From positions 124,001 to 188,000 of the forward strand of contig QPMI01000035.1 of NCBI GenBank assembly GCA_004431415.1: a DNA stretch of 64,000 bases, given 5' to 3'. This stretch comes from Cyanophora paradoxa CCMP329 (lineage: Eukaryota; Plantae; Glaucophyta). Below are positions 35,251 through 46,320 of this stretch, in pieces (position 1 is the stretch's first letter; each line of letters begins with the position of its first letter). The notes below the pieces were generated by a model that saw nothing but the letters and a program-made list of their open reading frames with translations, was not told the origin of the DNA and did no database searches. The position numbers and the translations under genes were made by a program.

Positions 35251-38200
35251 ATGCCCCGAATCAGCAACAGACTCATTAGAGAGAAGAAATGGGAACTCAT
35301 GGGATTACTTGGAACACTGTATGCAGCCCATGAAATCACAGAGGCTGAATATGACCGGGAAATCGGATTTATTTCAAGGGGCAGACCCACTTTAGCAAAA
35401 TCAACCAGAAAAGCCAATAACCTCTATGATAAAGTTGAAACTCTTGATGAACTGGATCGCCTGAGGCAAATAGAACCAGAGGCAGAAGATGGTACAGCAA
35501 TGAATGCATTATATCGCTGGCTCACATACAGAGCCAGAAGGGAAGTTGTTGTAGATGTGATTGAATATTTAGATAGAATTGCAACCTCTCTACCAAAACG
35601 TTTAAGAGACAGTCTAGATCAATTCAGGGCAATCAAAGTTCGCTTATCGTTTATCTGCAAGTTCGTAAAAGTCAGCAATCCACAGGTTTGGATATCGAAA
35701 TACATTTACAGCGATTATTTTGTATTAACCAAATCGAACAGAATGTGTCAGGAACAGATGAATGTGGTCGATAGCTATCGATTGGAGAGAATCGAAATGC
35801 TAAGAGTTGCTATTATGAGTTATGCCCCAACTGGTGCTGCTATGTTAAAACACCAGAATCAATTGCAGCCAAGGGAGCCACAGTGAATATTCGAAATATT
35901 GATGATTCTTGCTTTGAAAATGCCATTTTGGCATGGATCCATAGGAAAGATGTGAATTCCCACAAAAGAAGTGAGCTTACACAATATCGCAAATGGAAAT
36001 ACTCACCAACTACATACAATCCTTTGGCACTCAATTTCGATAACATCCCATTCCCTGTTCCCTGTGATGCTGAAATCATTGATAAATTCGAATCTCAAAA
36101 TGCAGGCATCAGCATAAACATATTTGGAATGGATCGAGATGTTATATATCCCCTACATCCATCCAGCAACCCAGGCAGAAAGCAAAAGATTAATCTCATG
36201 CTCATTCATGATGATGAAGGGAATGGTCACTATATAACAATCATGTCCCTTTCAAGACTTCTCAGAGTTGCCCTTGATAAAACCAAGGATCAAAAGTTAC
36301 ACTACTGTGATACATGCTTATCTCGATTCAGGTCTGAAGCTAAACTCACTGCTCATGTGGACTGAAACAGATGCTTTGATTGGAGACTCTCAAAGGGAAT
36401 CACACCAAAACCTGAGACCACCATAGAGTTTGGACTGAAAAACCTCAGGAAAACTGTTTCGCTTCCTGTTGTGGTCTACTGCAAGATTGAACATAGAAGC
36501 ATCCCCATTGATGCATCGAAATCCAAGAGAGAAGTCTCAGCAGTCAACCTGAGAGTAGTCACTGGGGCAGATGTTCAAGATTTTCGATTTGAGGGCAGGA
36601 TCCAATGGGAGGTCTGTTTGAATGCTTGGAATCCAAAGCAAGAGAACTGATCGATTTCCTGTTTACCAATATTCCCATGAATGAACTCACAGATGAGCAG
36701 AAAGCAATTTACAAGGCTACTAAACACTGTTACCTTTGCAGTGAAAGGTTCACCAAAGAGAACTTCAAATGCAGGGATCATGATCATCACACAGGTCAGT
36801 ACATTGCTCCTGCATGCAGAAACTGCAATCTACATAGGAGAATCTCAAAGCAAACCAAAGTTGCAGTGGTTGTTGACCAAATGGATGACTGTGGGACATT
36901 CATTTTCAGAAAAATAGCAGGCATGGGTGATAAAAAGCGAATCGAAATCCTTTCGAAAAACTTTGATCAATACCAATCATTGCAATGGGGTCTTTACAAG
37001 TTCATTGATGCAAGTAAATTCATGGATTTCGGAGCTGCTGATGTGACTGAGTTAATGAACAAATTCCAGGCTTTTAGAAGGCTTTCACACTCAGTATATG
37101 GACTTGACCCAGTTCATTATGTATCTGCACCTGAGTTATCTTGGGATGCTATGCTTAGGACCACCAAGGCAAAAATAGAGCTAATAATTGATGTAGAGCA
37201 ATACGAATTTGTTGAGAGGGGAATCAGGGGTGGCTTTGCAACAATGCCTTGTAGGTATGCTGAGGCTGATGGTGAGAACTCCCATATTATGCTGTTTGAT
37301 GCTAACAACTTGTATGGCTACTGTTTGAGTCAGCCAATTCCAGTTAGTGATTTAAGATGGGAGACCGAATTCAACCCACAAGATAACAGATCCAGTTTCC
37401 TAGAAGTTGATCTGGATTACCCAATTAGGCTGTTTCTAGATCACAGTGATTTCCGCCTTATTATTAACAAGAAAATAGTAGAATATGCAGAATTATCACA
37501 ATATCAAAAGAGCCTATTGGATCTCTCAGGAGAAGAGCTTGATAAAACCCCTTAGCTTACTGCAACTTTTGGTTCTGTGACCAACTATGTGATTTCTGAG
37601 CCTCTTCTACAGTATCTGTTGGACAAAGGTGTGAAATTAAAGAAAATTCACAGGGTCCTATCATTAACTGTGGCTCCTGTAATGAAACCCTAGATTGAGC
37701 TGAACACTGAGATGAGAAGGAAAGCAGTGAATAAATTCGAGGCTGATTTCTATAAACTGATGAATAATTCAATCTATGGGAAATGCATTGAATCATGTAG
37801 AGGTCGATCTGTGGTTAAGATTGCCAACACTGAGAAGCTATTTATGAAATATGCTGCCTCTCCTTTAGTGAAATCAACAAGTCCCTGCATAACTACAAGT
37901 TCTTCTATGATACTGTGAGGTCCCAATGGTCCAAAGCCAAGTTACTATTCCATGATACTGATTCCTTTTGTCTATATATTGAATCTAAGACCATTGCAAA
38001 AGATATAGAGAGTATTGCTGATTCTTTGGACCTTGGAGGTGATTCAAGAATGACCCCAGGTAAATACAAAAATGAAATGCCTGGCTCTGCAATACTGGAG
38101 TATGTAGGTCTGAGAGCAAAAGTTTACAGTTTCAGAACTGCTGAGATTGAGAGGAGTAAGCTCTCTGGGACTTCCACTGAGGAACTCCAATTCAATGATT

Positions 38201-38367
38201 TTAAGGAGTGTTTATTTGCAGGTATCAGCAAGACTGTGACTGCAAAGCAGAAAAGAAGGACAGATCACACAATAATAGATACTGTGAGTAGAAGGGTTGC
38301 CCTAAACTGCTTTGATGCAAAGAGATACATCTTACCAGATGGTATTAATTCTGTTCCTTTTAATTAA
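35251..38367 (+). pseudogene. Protein-primed family B DNA polymerase (Polinton/Maverick type), fragmented
   Basis: Successive frames give VNIRNIDDSCF, the EndoVII-like insert CYLC...RDHDHHTGQY...CNL, FDANNLYG, YKLMNNSIYGK, HDTDSF, GKYKNE, GLRAKVYS and DAKRYILPDG. Several frameshifts/stops and an apparent deletion near 37890. Confidence 0.92.
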
Positions 38368-38370
38368 GAG

Positions 38371-39756
38371 ATGCCAGCAACTGGAAGAATAGTTAGGAGA
38401 ACCACTGAGCAACTACACGGTAACCTACTGCCCATCACAGTTCCAAAGGAGGAAAAGGGGGAATCTCGAATTGTAAAAAAGTCTGAAATGAAAGAGCTTG
38501 TCCCAGTAGAGATCCCAGTTGCTATTGCAGTGAAAGAAACCAGCAAGATTGCTAAGAGATTCTATGATGTGAGAACTGGTTACAAAGGGCTTCAAGCAAT
38601 GAGGGCTGAGTTACCAGATGAATCCTATAAGCAGTTGCAAGAGTTCTATAAAAAGCAAGAGGTAGTTCAGATCAATGCACCTGCTATATCTAGAAAGAGA
38701 GATCCCATGGTCCCAATAAGGCAACCCCTTGATACCTATGTGATTGATTTGCTCTTTTTCCCAGCTTATAAGAAACAAAACAATGGCTATGATACCTTTA
38801 TGACTGCAATGGAATCCACACTGAGAACTGGGTATATTATACCTATAAGGGATAAATCAGCTCTCACTACATTAGCTGCATTTAAACAGCTTGAGATGAG
38901 AGTGGCAAGACCCATAGTAAAAGTTCAATCAGATGCTGGGAGTGAATTCCAAAATCGAATATTCCAGGAGTATCTATCTAGTAAATACATAGAACACCAA
39001 GTGAGTGGAACTGCAGACCACAGAAGCCAAGGTCGAATTGAAGCCTTTAACAAGCAGATTAAGAGATTGATCACAAACTACTGCATAGCTAATAACACAG
39101 CTAGATTCTTTGATGTGTTGGGTGATATTGAGTTTAATTACAATAATACAGTTCACTCAGCTACTAAGATGAAGCCAGTTGAAACTACAGAGGAGCATTA
39201 TAGGTATATAGTGGGATTAGAAGATGAAAGATTCAAGAAATCAATAGCTTATCTTGATACCATGCAGCCTGGCATGTTTGTTAGAGTGAAAGTTGAGAAG
39301 AACCCCTTTGCTAAACAGGGTAACAATTGGTCTAGGATGGTTTACACTGTTGATAGTAGAGAAGGCTTTAAGTTTAAGCTAAAGAGTCCCACTGGTGAGA
39401 TCATAGATAACAGGTTTGCTTTCCATGAGCTTTTGCCTGTGAATGCAGTTGAGTATCTGGAAACCCCTACAGTGGATGCCTTAGAGCAAGCTAAAGAGGA
39501 AGCCAGGGTTGATGCTGCTATAAGGAGAGAAGGCATAGAAGCTGCTAATGAAGTCCCAGATAAGCCTTTGATAGAGGCTAGAAAGGAGAAGGCTGGCAAA
39601 GTTAACAGGGAACTCAAAAAGCTCACTATAGCAGGCACACAGAAACTTTCAGAAGTGAATAGCCAGAGATGGTATAATGACTTTCAGACTACTAAGGAGT
39701 CATATACAGCCCCTAAACCTCAAAGAACACTAAGAGAAAGGACCAAAACTAGCTAG
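38371..39756 (+). CDS. Retroviral-like (rve) DDE integrase, intact
   Basis: VIDLL, VQSDAGSEF, GRIEAFNKQIK (D,D,E), YNNTVHSATKMKP and a C-terminal GMFVRVK...NWSRMVYTV region. Confidence 0.93.
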   Translation: MPATGRIVRRTTEQLHGNLLPITVPKEEKGESRIVKKSEMKELVPVEIPVAIAVKETSKIAKRFYDVRTGYKGLQAMRAELPDESYKQLQEFYKKQEVVQINAPAISRKRDPMVPIRQPLDTYVIDLLFFPAYKKQNNGYDTFMTAMESTLRTGYIIPIRDKSALTTLAAFKQLEMRVARPIVKVQSDAGSEFQNRIFQEYLSSKYIEHQVSGTADHRSQGRIEAFNKQIKRLITNYCIANNTARFFDVLGDIEFNYNNTVHSATKMKPVETTEEHYRYIVGLEDERFKKSIAYLDTMQPGMFVRVKVEKNPFAKQGNNWSRMVYTVDSREGFKFKLKSPTGEIIDNRFAFHELLPVNAVEYLETPTVDALEQAKEEARVDAAIRREGIEAANEVPDKPLIEARKEKAGKVNRELKKLTIAGTQKLSEVNSQRWYNDFQTTKESYTAPKPQRTLRERTKTS

Positions 39757-41984
39757 TTTGCTAGGCAAAAACTCGTTTTTTCCAAATATATGTATGACTG
39801 ATATACATATATGGATATGATATACACATAGTCTTGTAGATCTTATCAAGCGCTTCACAGCGCTATGCAGAACGTTGCGTTTTGATGATCTGGTGATGAG
39901 ATATAACAGTTTGAAGATGCGAAAGTCACTTGCCATAGTGGACTTGGTGAAACACTAGCCCGGGAGTCGGCTCAGAGAACACTTGCCATAGTAGACAAGC
40001 AGGGGGGCTCCGCCCCCCCGCATCCCCCCAGTGTTATTTAGGAATCTTTGATTTCTTGTTGTCTATTCTTCTTTGTCTACGTACTACGGTACTACTACTT
40101 CTACTTATTAATTGAACAAAGAATGAGAATGAAGTACTAAAGTTGTGAAGACAGAACAGAAGAAGCTGAAGCACTGAACATAAAGAACAGAACAGATCTG
40201 AGTGCATGAAAGATGTAGAAATTAAACACTGATCATGTAATCTAGAAACAATGCACGAGATGCAATGTAGTCCAAAGCTAGGCTTCATCATTTCTGGTTT
40301 GTCATGAAACATAATGCTTTGCAATTGGTGTTTAATTCTTGGCTGGCAAAGAAATTAAAGGGCGATTTGATATTCTTAGCTATAGCTTTGGCCAGGAAGA
40401 TGAAAAGAAGAGCTAAAGCACTGAACAATTGCAAGAAGTTTGAAATTGCACACATGAATCTCTTGTGGTTCAATCGTATTACAAAGAACAAAAATGAAGC
40501 TGAAGCACTGAACTTCGGAAGAAGAGAGCATTTCAGAACAGATCCAGAAACAATGAAGTGATCACAAAAACAATACAAAAGAAGCACATGCAATGTATTT
40601 CAGGTTTGATCATTTATGTTCTAGATCTGTCATCAAACATCGAGTTTTGGTGTTAAATACTGGCCATGGCTGGCAAAGCAAGGGCAATTCTTAGCAAGAA
40701 AGTGGGCAATAAGCTTGAACGTTAACATTTATTGCAGCAGTGATATACTGTCCAAGTCCCTGTAGCTTTGTACCCCTGTACCTCAGTCTGCCTGTACCCC
40801 TGGGGGTACCCCCAATACACCACCTTGCCAGCTATATATATAGCTATCTAGCCTGGCAATACATTGCAGCACTGATCATGAAAAATTGCAAGAAGCTTAA
40901 GAATTGAACACTTCAATTGACAACTTGGCAAAAACAACCTGGCAAGGTTGTAGAAGAATTGATCATGAACAAGTCAATCATTGATCATTTCATTTCATGC
41001 ATGTAACACGCAACAATATTTTATGCATGCAATGATGCCATGATGAATAATGCATGCATCATGATCAAAATAAAGATCTAGATGCCACTGCAGCTGGGCC
41101 ATCTAGAAGAGAATGTTGTTTGTTTTGTTAAACAAAAACTGCAAGTACAATCTCTTCAATTTCAATTTGGCAAGTTTCTGTTTTGTTTGTTGTGAATGTG
41201 TGAACGTTGTGCTAGTGTTGTGTTTTTATTTTTTTGTCTTGTGTTGTTGTTTGTACATTGCCAAAGTTGTGGAACATATGCTTTTCTTTTTGTTGTACCG
41301 TAGTACATGCCAAGATGTTTAATGCATTATTTATTGTTTGCCAAGAATCAAACCGGCTCTGAATCGGCACTGAGCAGTCAAGTGCACCACAGCACTTCAG
41401 GAAGAAAAAAGGAAAAAAGGGACTTTCCATTGACAGAACTGCCGGATACCCAATTTCAGCCACCAAACTCCACTCTGTGGCAGATCTTCCCACTTCATAC
41501 TTCCAAGCTCACTGGCATAAGCAGCGGCTGCCGCTACTTTTTTAAGAAGTCACAGAGTCATACATCACTCAGTGACTTTTGCTTCTCATGTGGAGCCTGT
41601 CTCAGTGACCACAGTGAGTCAAGGCAGCACTGGCAGCCTTCAAGTGCATATCAAATTGAGTATGCCAATGAGAGCGACAACTCAACCACTGGCCTGCGAT
41701 TCACAAGTTCCCCACTTACCAAACATGCTGGCACGACTGTTGGTAGCCCAGGCTGGACCACCCATGGAGTGCACTCCACTCAGTGAGTTTGACTGTTCGC
41801 ACCGTAGACAATGCTGGCAGTTTGAGTCTGCCGTAGTACTAAACGGAATTGTCTTCCAAGGGGAACATGGGTTAATCTACTATGTAGCACTTGGTGAAAC
41901 AACAGTAATGGCTCAGAGAATAAAGCGCTCAGAACTACGAAGTACAAATCCGACAGGGAACCTTTACTTCGCTGCTCGGTGAAA

Positions 41985-42056
41985 GCCGTTTTTGGCTCAG
42001 AGAGTAGAGCGCTGGAATTCGGACTCGGGACTACGCGGTTCAAATCCGATCGGGAA
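41985..42056 (+). ncRNA. tRNA-derived Pol III-like element/pseudo-tRNA (degenerate second copy at ~41905-41970)
   Basis: A-box-like TGGCTCAGAGAGTAGAGC (D-stem GCTC/GAGC) and B-box GGTTCAAATCC. Acceptor and anticodon stems pair poorly. Confidence 0.45.
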
Positions 42057-42121
42057 CCTTTACTTCATTCGCCGTGAAACTTGAAAAGTAAAAAAAAACG
42101 CGGTTTTTTCTAGATTAATGC

Positions 42122-44604
42122 TGTACCCGTCTAGAAAATCAATATTCACGTTTGCTGCGATATCTCAACACCAACTTATCAAATCGATGCGCTGAAAACG
42201 TCATAAAATCGAGCATTTCAAGGCGGTCTGAGCGCTTATCAGCCATATCGACATTTCGATAACCCTGACTCGAAATCGTGATGAAACCGATTTAGAATTT
42301 TGATTTTAAATTCGATTAAAATGCATTAAACGTGAGTTTTTAATATAGATCACCAGGAAGTTATCAAATCGATGCACTGACGGTGCAATATTATCAAATA
42401 TATCATACATAACAATAACTTGCAATCACATATACGAATCTCGATGTACCCGTCTGGAAAATCAATATTCACGTTTGCTGCGATATCTCAACACCAACTT
42501 ATCAAATCGATGCGCTTTAAACGTCATAAAATCGAGCATTTCAAGGCGGTCTGAGCGCTTATCAGCCATATCGACATTTCGATAACCCTGACTCGAAATC
42601 GTGATGAAACCGATTTAGAATTTTGATTTTAAATTCGAATTAAATCCATTAAACGTGAGTTTTTAATATAGATCACCAGGAAGTTATCAAATCGATGCAC
42701 TGACGGTGCAATATTATCAAATATATCATACATAACAATAACTTGCAATCACATATACGAATCTCGATGTACCCGTCTGGAAAATCAATATTCACGTTTG
42801 CTGCGATATCTCAACACCAACTTATCAAATCGATGCGCTTTAAACGTCATAAAATCGAGCATTTCAAGGCGGTCTGAGCGCTTATCAGCCATATCGACAT
42901 TTCGATAACCCTGACTCGAAATCGTGATGAAACCGATTTAGAATTTTGATTTTAAATTCGAATTAAATCCATTAAACGTGAGTTTTTAATATAGATCACC
43001 AGGAAGTTATCAAATCGATGCAATGACGGTGCAATATTATCAAATATATCATACATAACAATAACTTGCAATCACATATACGAATCTCGATGTACCCGTC
43101 TGGAAAATCAATATTCACGTTTGCTGCGATATCTCAACACCAACTTTTCAAATCGATGCGCTTTAAACGTCATAAAATCGAGCATTTCAAGGCGGTCTGA
43201 GCGCTTATCAGCCATATCGACATTTCGATAACCCTGACTCGAAATCGTGATGAAACCGATTTAGAATTTTGATTTTAAATTCGATTAAAATGCATTAAAC
43301 GTGAGTTTTTAATATAGATCACCAGGAAGTTATCAAATCGATGCACTGACGGTGCAATATTATCCAATATATCATACATAACAATAACTTGCAATCACAT
43401 ATACGAATCTCGATGTACCCGTCTGGAAAATCAATATTCACGTTTGCTGCGATATCTCAACACCAACTTATCAAATCGATGCGCTTTAAACGTCATAAAA
43501 TCGAGCATTTCAAGGCGGGTAGCTACGATGTCGATAGATTTTAAACAAATGACGCCTGGTCAATGACTTGTGTATGTAATCTGTTTTCTGGTCTGAGCGC
43601 TTATCAGCCATATCGACATTTCGATAACCCTGACTCGAAATCGTGATGAAACCGATTTAGAATTTTGATTTTAAATTCGATTAAAATGCATTAAACGTGA
43701 GTTTTTAATATAGATCACCAGGAAGTTATCAAATCGATGCACTGACGGTGCAATATTATCCAATATATCATACATAACAATAACTTGCAATCACATATAC
43801 GAATCTCGATGTACCCGTCTGGAAAATCAATATTCACGTTTGCTGCGATATCTCAACACCAACTTATCAAATCGATGCGCTTTAAACGTCATAAAATCGA
43901 GCATTTCAAGGCGGGTAGCTACGATGTCGATAGATTTTAAAAAAATGACGCCTGGTCAATGACTTGTGTATGTAATCTGTTTTCTGGTCTGAGCGCTTAT
44001 CAGCCATATCGACATTTCGATAACCCTGACTCGAAATCGTGATGAAACCGATTTAGAATTTTGATTTTAAATTCGAATTAAATCCATTAAACGTGAGTTT
44101 TTAATATAGATCACCAGGAAGTTATCAAATCGATGCACTGACGGTGCAATATTATCAAATATATCATACATAACAATAACTTGCAATCACATATACGAAT
44201 CTCGATGTACCCGTCTGGAAAATCAATATTCACGTTTGCTGCGATATCTCAACACCAACTTATCAAATCGATGCGCTTTAAACGTCATAAAATCGAGCAT
44301 TTCAAGGCGGGTAGCTACGATGTCGATAGATTTTAAAAAAATGACGCCTGGTCAATGACTTGTGTATGTAATCTGTTTTCTGGTCTGAGCGCTTATCAGC
44401 CATATCGACATTTCGATAACCCTGACTCGAAATCGTGATGAAACCGATTTTGAATTTTGATTTTAAATTCGAATTAAATCCATTAAACGTGAGTTTTTAA
44501 TATAGATCACCAGGAAGTTATCAAATCGATGCACTGACGATCGAATATTATCAAGTATATCATACATAACAATAACTTGCAATCACATATACGAATCTCG
44601 ATGT
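42122..44604. repeat. Non-coding satellite: 4 x 323 bp + 3 x 396 bp
   Basis: tgtacccgtct at 42122, 42445, 42768, 43091, 43414, 43810, 44206. The last three units carry an extra 73 bp. Confidence 0.97.
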
Positions 44605-45053
44605 GTATACATCGCTATTATGATTAAAGCGAGTTTTGAAATTCAAAATAATTCGATTAAATTCGATTACAACTCAAAAATCGCGATTTTTAACCATATA
44701 CTTATCAATTCGATCCACTTATGATATCGAATAATCAACTATATTATATAGCTTCGATAAACGTGATCACATATATGAAAACATCAATCTAACATTGCAT
44801 TTATTAAGCATCTCCCCTAGATTCCCCCTATTATTAAAGTGGACTCAAGGTTGACTCATATTAATCGTAAAAGTAGTAATAGTATATGGATTTTGTTACG
44901 AATTCAATGCAAGGGTTGACTAAGTGGGTTGAGTTGACTCAAATTTCACAGGAAATAACAATGAATCAGAGTATAAAATGCATTTTTTGAATCAACTACA
45001 CCAACTAACACTGAGATTTTAACAATATATGAGGTCCTTACTGAATATGGTTT

Positions 45054-45156
45054 GTGTCACAGGTGTCACAGGTCTATCCCGTGGATTTTAAAAATCAATT
45101 TCTCACTAGGACTTTCCTTGGGATTGACCTGTGACACCTGTGACACCTGTGACACC
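45054..45156. promoter_or_regulatory. Inverted GTGTCACAG iteron cluster 2 (27-bp arms)
   Basis: 45054-45080 and 45120-45146 are reverse complements at 26/27 positions, followed by an extra repeat. Confidence 0.6.
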
Positions 45157-45395
45157 CAATTTTCTAAGGGTCCCCCCTTAGACTTATAAAAACATGATAA
45201 AAACATATCAATTTCATGTATAATTACGATTGGATTCAATAAGAGATCGATTTGTTTATATAAACAAATGAATCATTTATGGATCTTAATCGAGTTTAGC
45301 GATATGTTTCCGAATAAATTAATTAAATTTAATTAAATTTAATCGAGAAAGTACATGAATATAATATCGATTAAATCAATTAAATTTTAGACCAA

Positions 45396-45683
45396 TCACA
45401 CATAGTAAAATGCGGAGTTTTAACCAGAGGCAAGATCTAATTGAGATTCAGTTATATTATTCGGAAATATATACAGATTATCGATTAACTCAGTAAGACT
45501 AATCGGAAAATAAGAGAAATTTACGATAAAATATCGAAAAGAATACAAAATAATCGAAATAAATGAATATTCGATAAGATATACACAGATTATCGATTGA
45601 TTAAAATAGAATATACGAGATATATCAACAAAATCAAGTAAGATTAAGCCGAGGGTTAAAACTCCGCATTTTACTATGTGTGA
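45396..45683. repeat. 288-bp unit with perfect 30-bp terminal inverted repeats at the AT/GC boundary
   Basis: TCACACATAGTAAAATGCGGAGTTTTAACC (45396-45425) and its exact reverse complement (45654-45683). Confidence 0.9.
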
Positions 45684-46320
45684 CGGGGGGACGGGGGTCA
45701 GAGCGAAAGCGCTAGGAGGGGGAGGGGGAGAAGGGGGTGGAAGGGGGGTATGGGGTGGGGGGGGGTGGGAGGCAGAGAGAAAGATTGGGAGAGTTCAGGA
45801 GGAGTGGAGGGGGCGGAAGAGGAAAGAGGATGGGGCGAGGGTGGGGGGCAAGGCAGATAGAGCAAGGCATATGGGGGAGGAAAAGAAGACAAGAAAGAAG
45901 GGGAAGGGGGGAGGAAGAGAGGGACGAAGCGGGAGGGAGGGTACGAGGTACGACGTAGGTAGGAGGGACGAAGGGGGATGGGGTGTATGAGGTGAGGTGG
46001 GTGAGAGAGAGAGAGGGTGGGGCCAGGGGGGGGGGGGGAAGGGGGGGGGAGGGGGCGGGATGGCAGGAGTGGGGGCGGCGGTACGTGGAGAAGGGGGATG
46101 GCTTAAAGGGGGGGTTTGAGGTGGGTAGGGGGAAAGAGAGGGGCAGGAGGAATTCGAAGAGCGGCCAGAGGGGGATAGGAGGGGGCGGCAGGTGAGAGGG
46201 GTCAGGAAAAAAGACCACCTTGGCGAGAGAGGAGGGGGGAGGGGAGATGGGGAGGGGAAGGAGACATGGGCGCAAGGGGAAGGGGGTACGGGATGCAAGG
46301 GAGGGGGAGGGAAAGGAAGG
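45684..46320. repeat. G/A-rich low-complexity tract
   Basis: Strongly purine-skewed, with many G runs. Confidence 0.8.

Larger units (their letters stand above)
21850..45683. mobile_element. Endogenous Polinton-like/Maverick-type virus B (rearranged, partly decayed; boundaries approximate)
   Basis: AT-rich block with minor capsid remnant, MCP, A32 ATPase, primase-SF3 helicase, pPolB and rve integrase, with sharp GC transitions at both ends. Confidence 0.88.

Noticed and set aside
40034-41982. Protein-coding genes
   Set aside because: Short, compositionally biased ORFs without recognisable motifs; probably decayed or non-coding.
41985-42056. Functional tRNA gene
   Set aside because: Acceptor and anticodon stems do not pair convincingly; kept only as tRNA-derived.
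42122-44604. CRISPR array
   Set aside because: Units are 323/396 bp and almost identical, with no unique spacers; no cas genes; eukaryotic context.
21850-45683. Long terminal inverted repeats and TSD bounding element B
   Set aside because: No extended match between the two ends found by eye; only a short CAGTAAG motif is shared.
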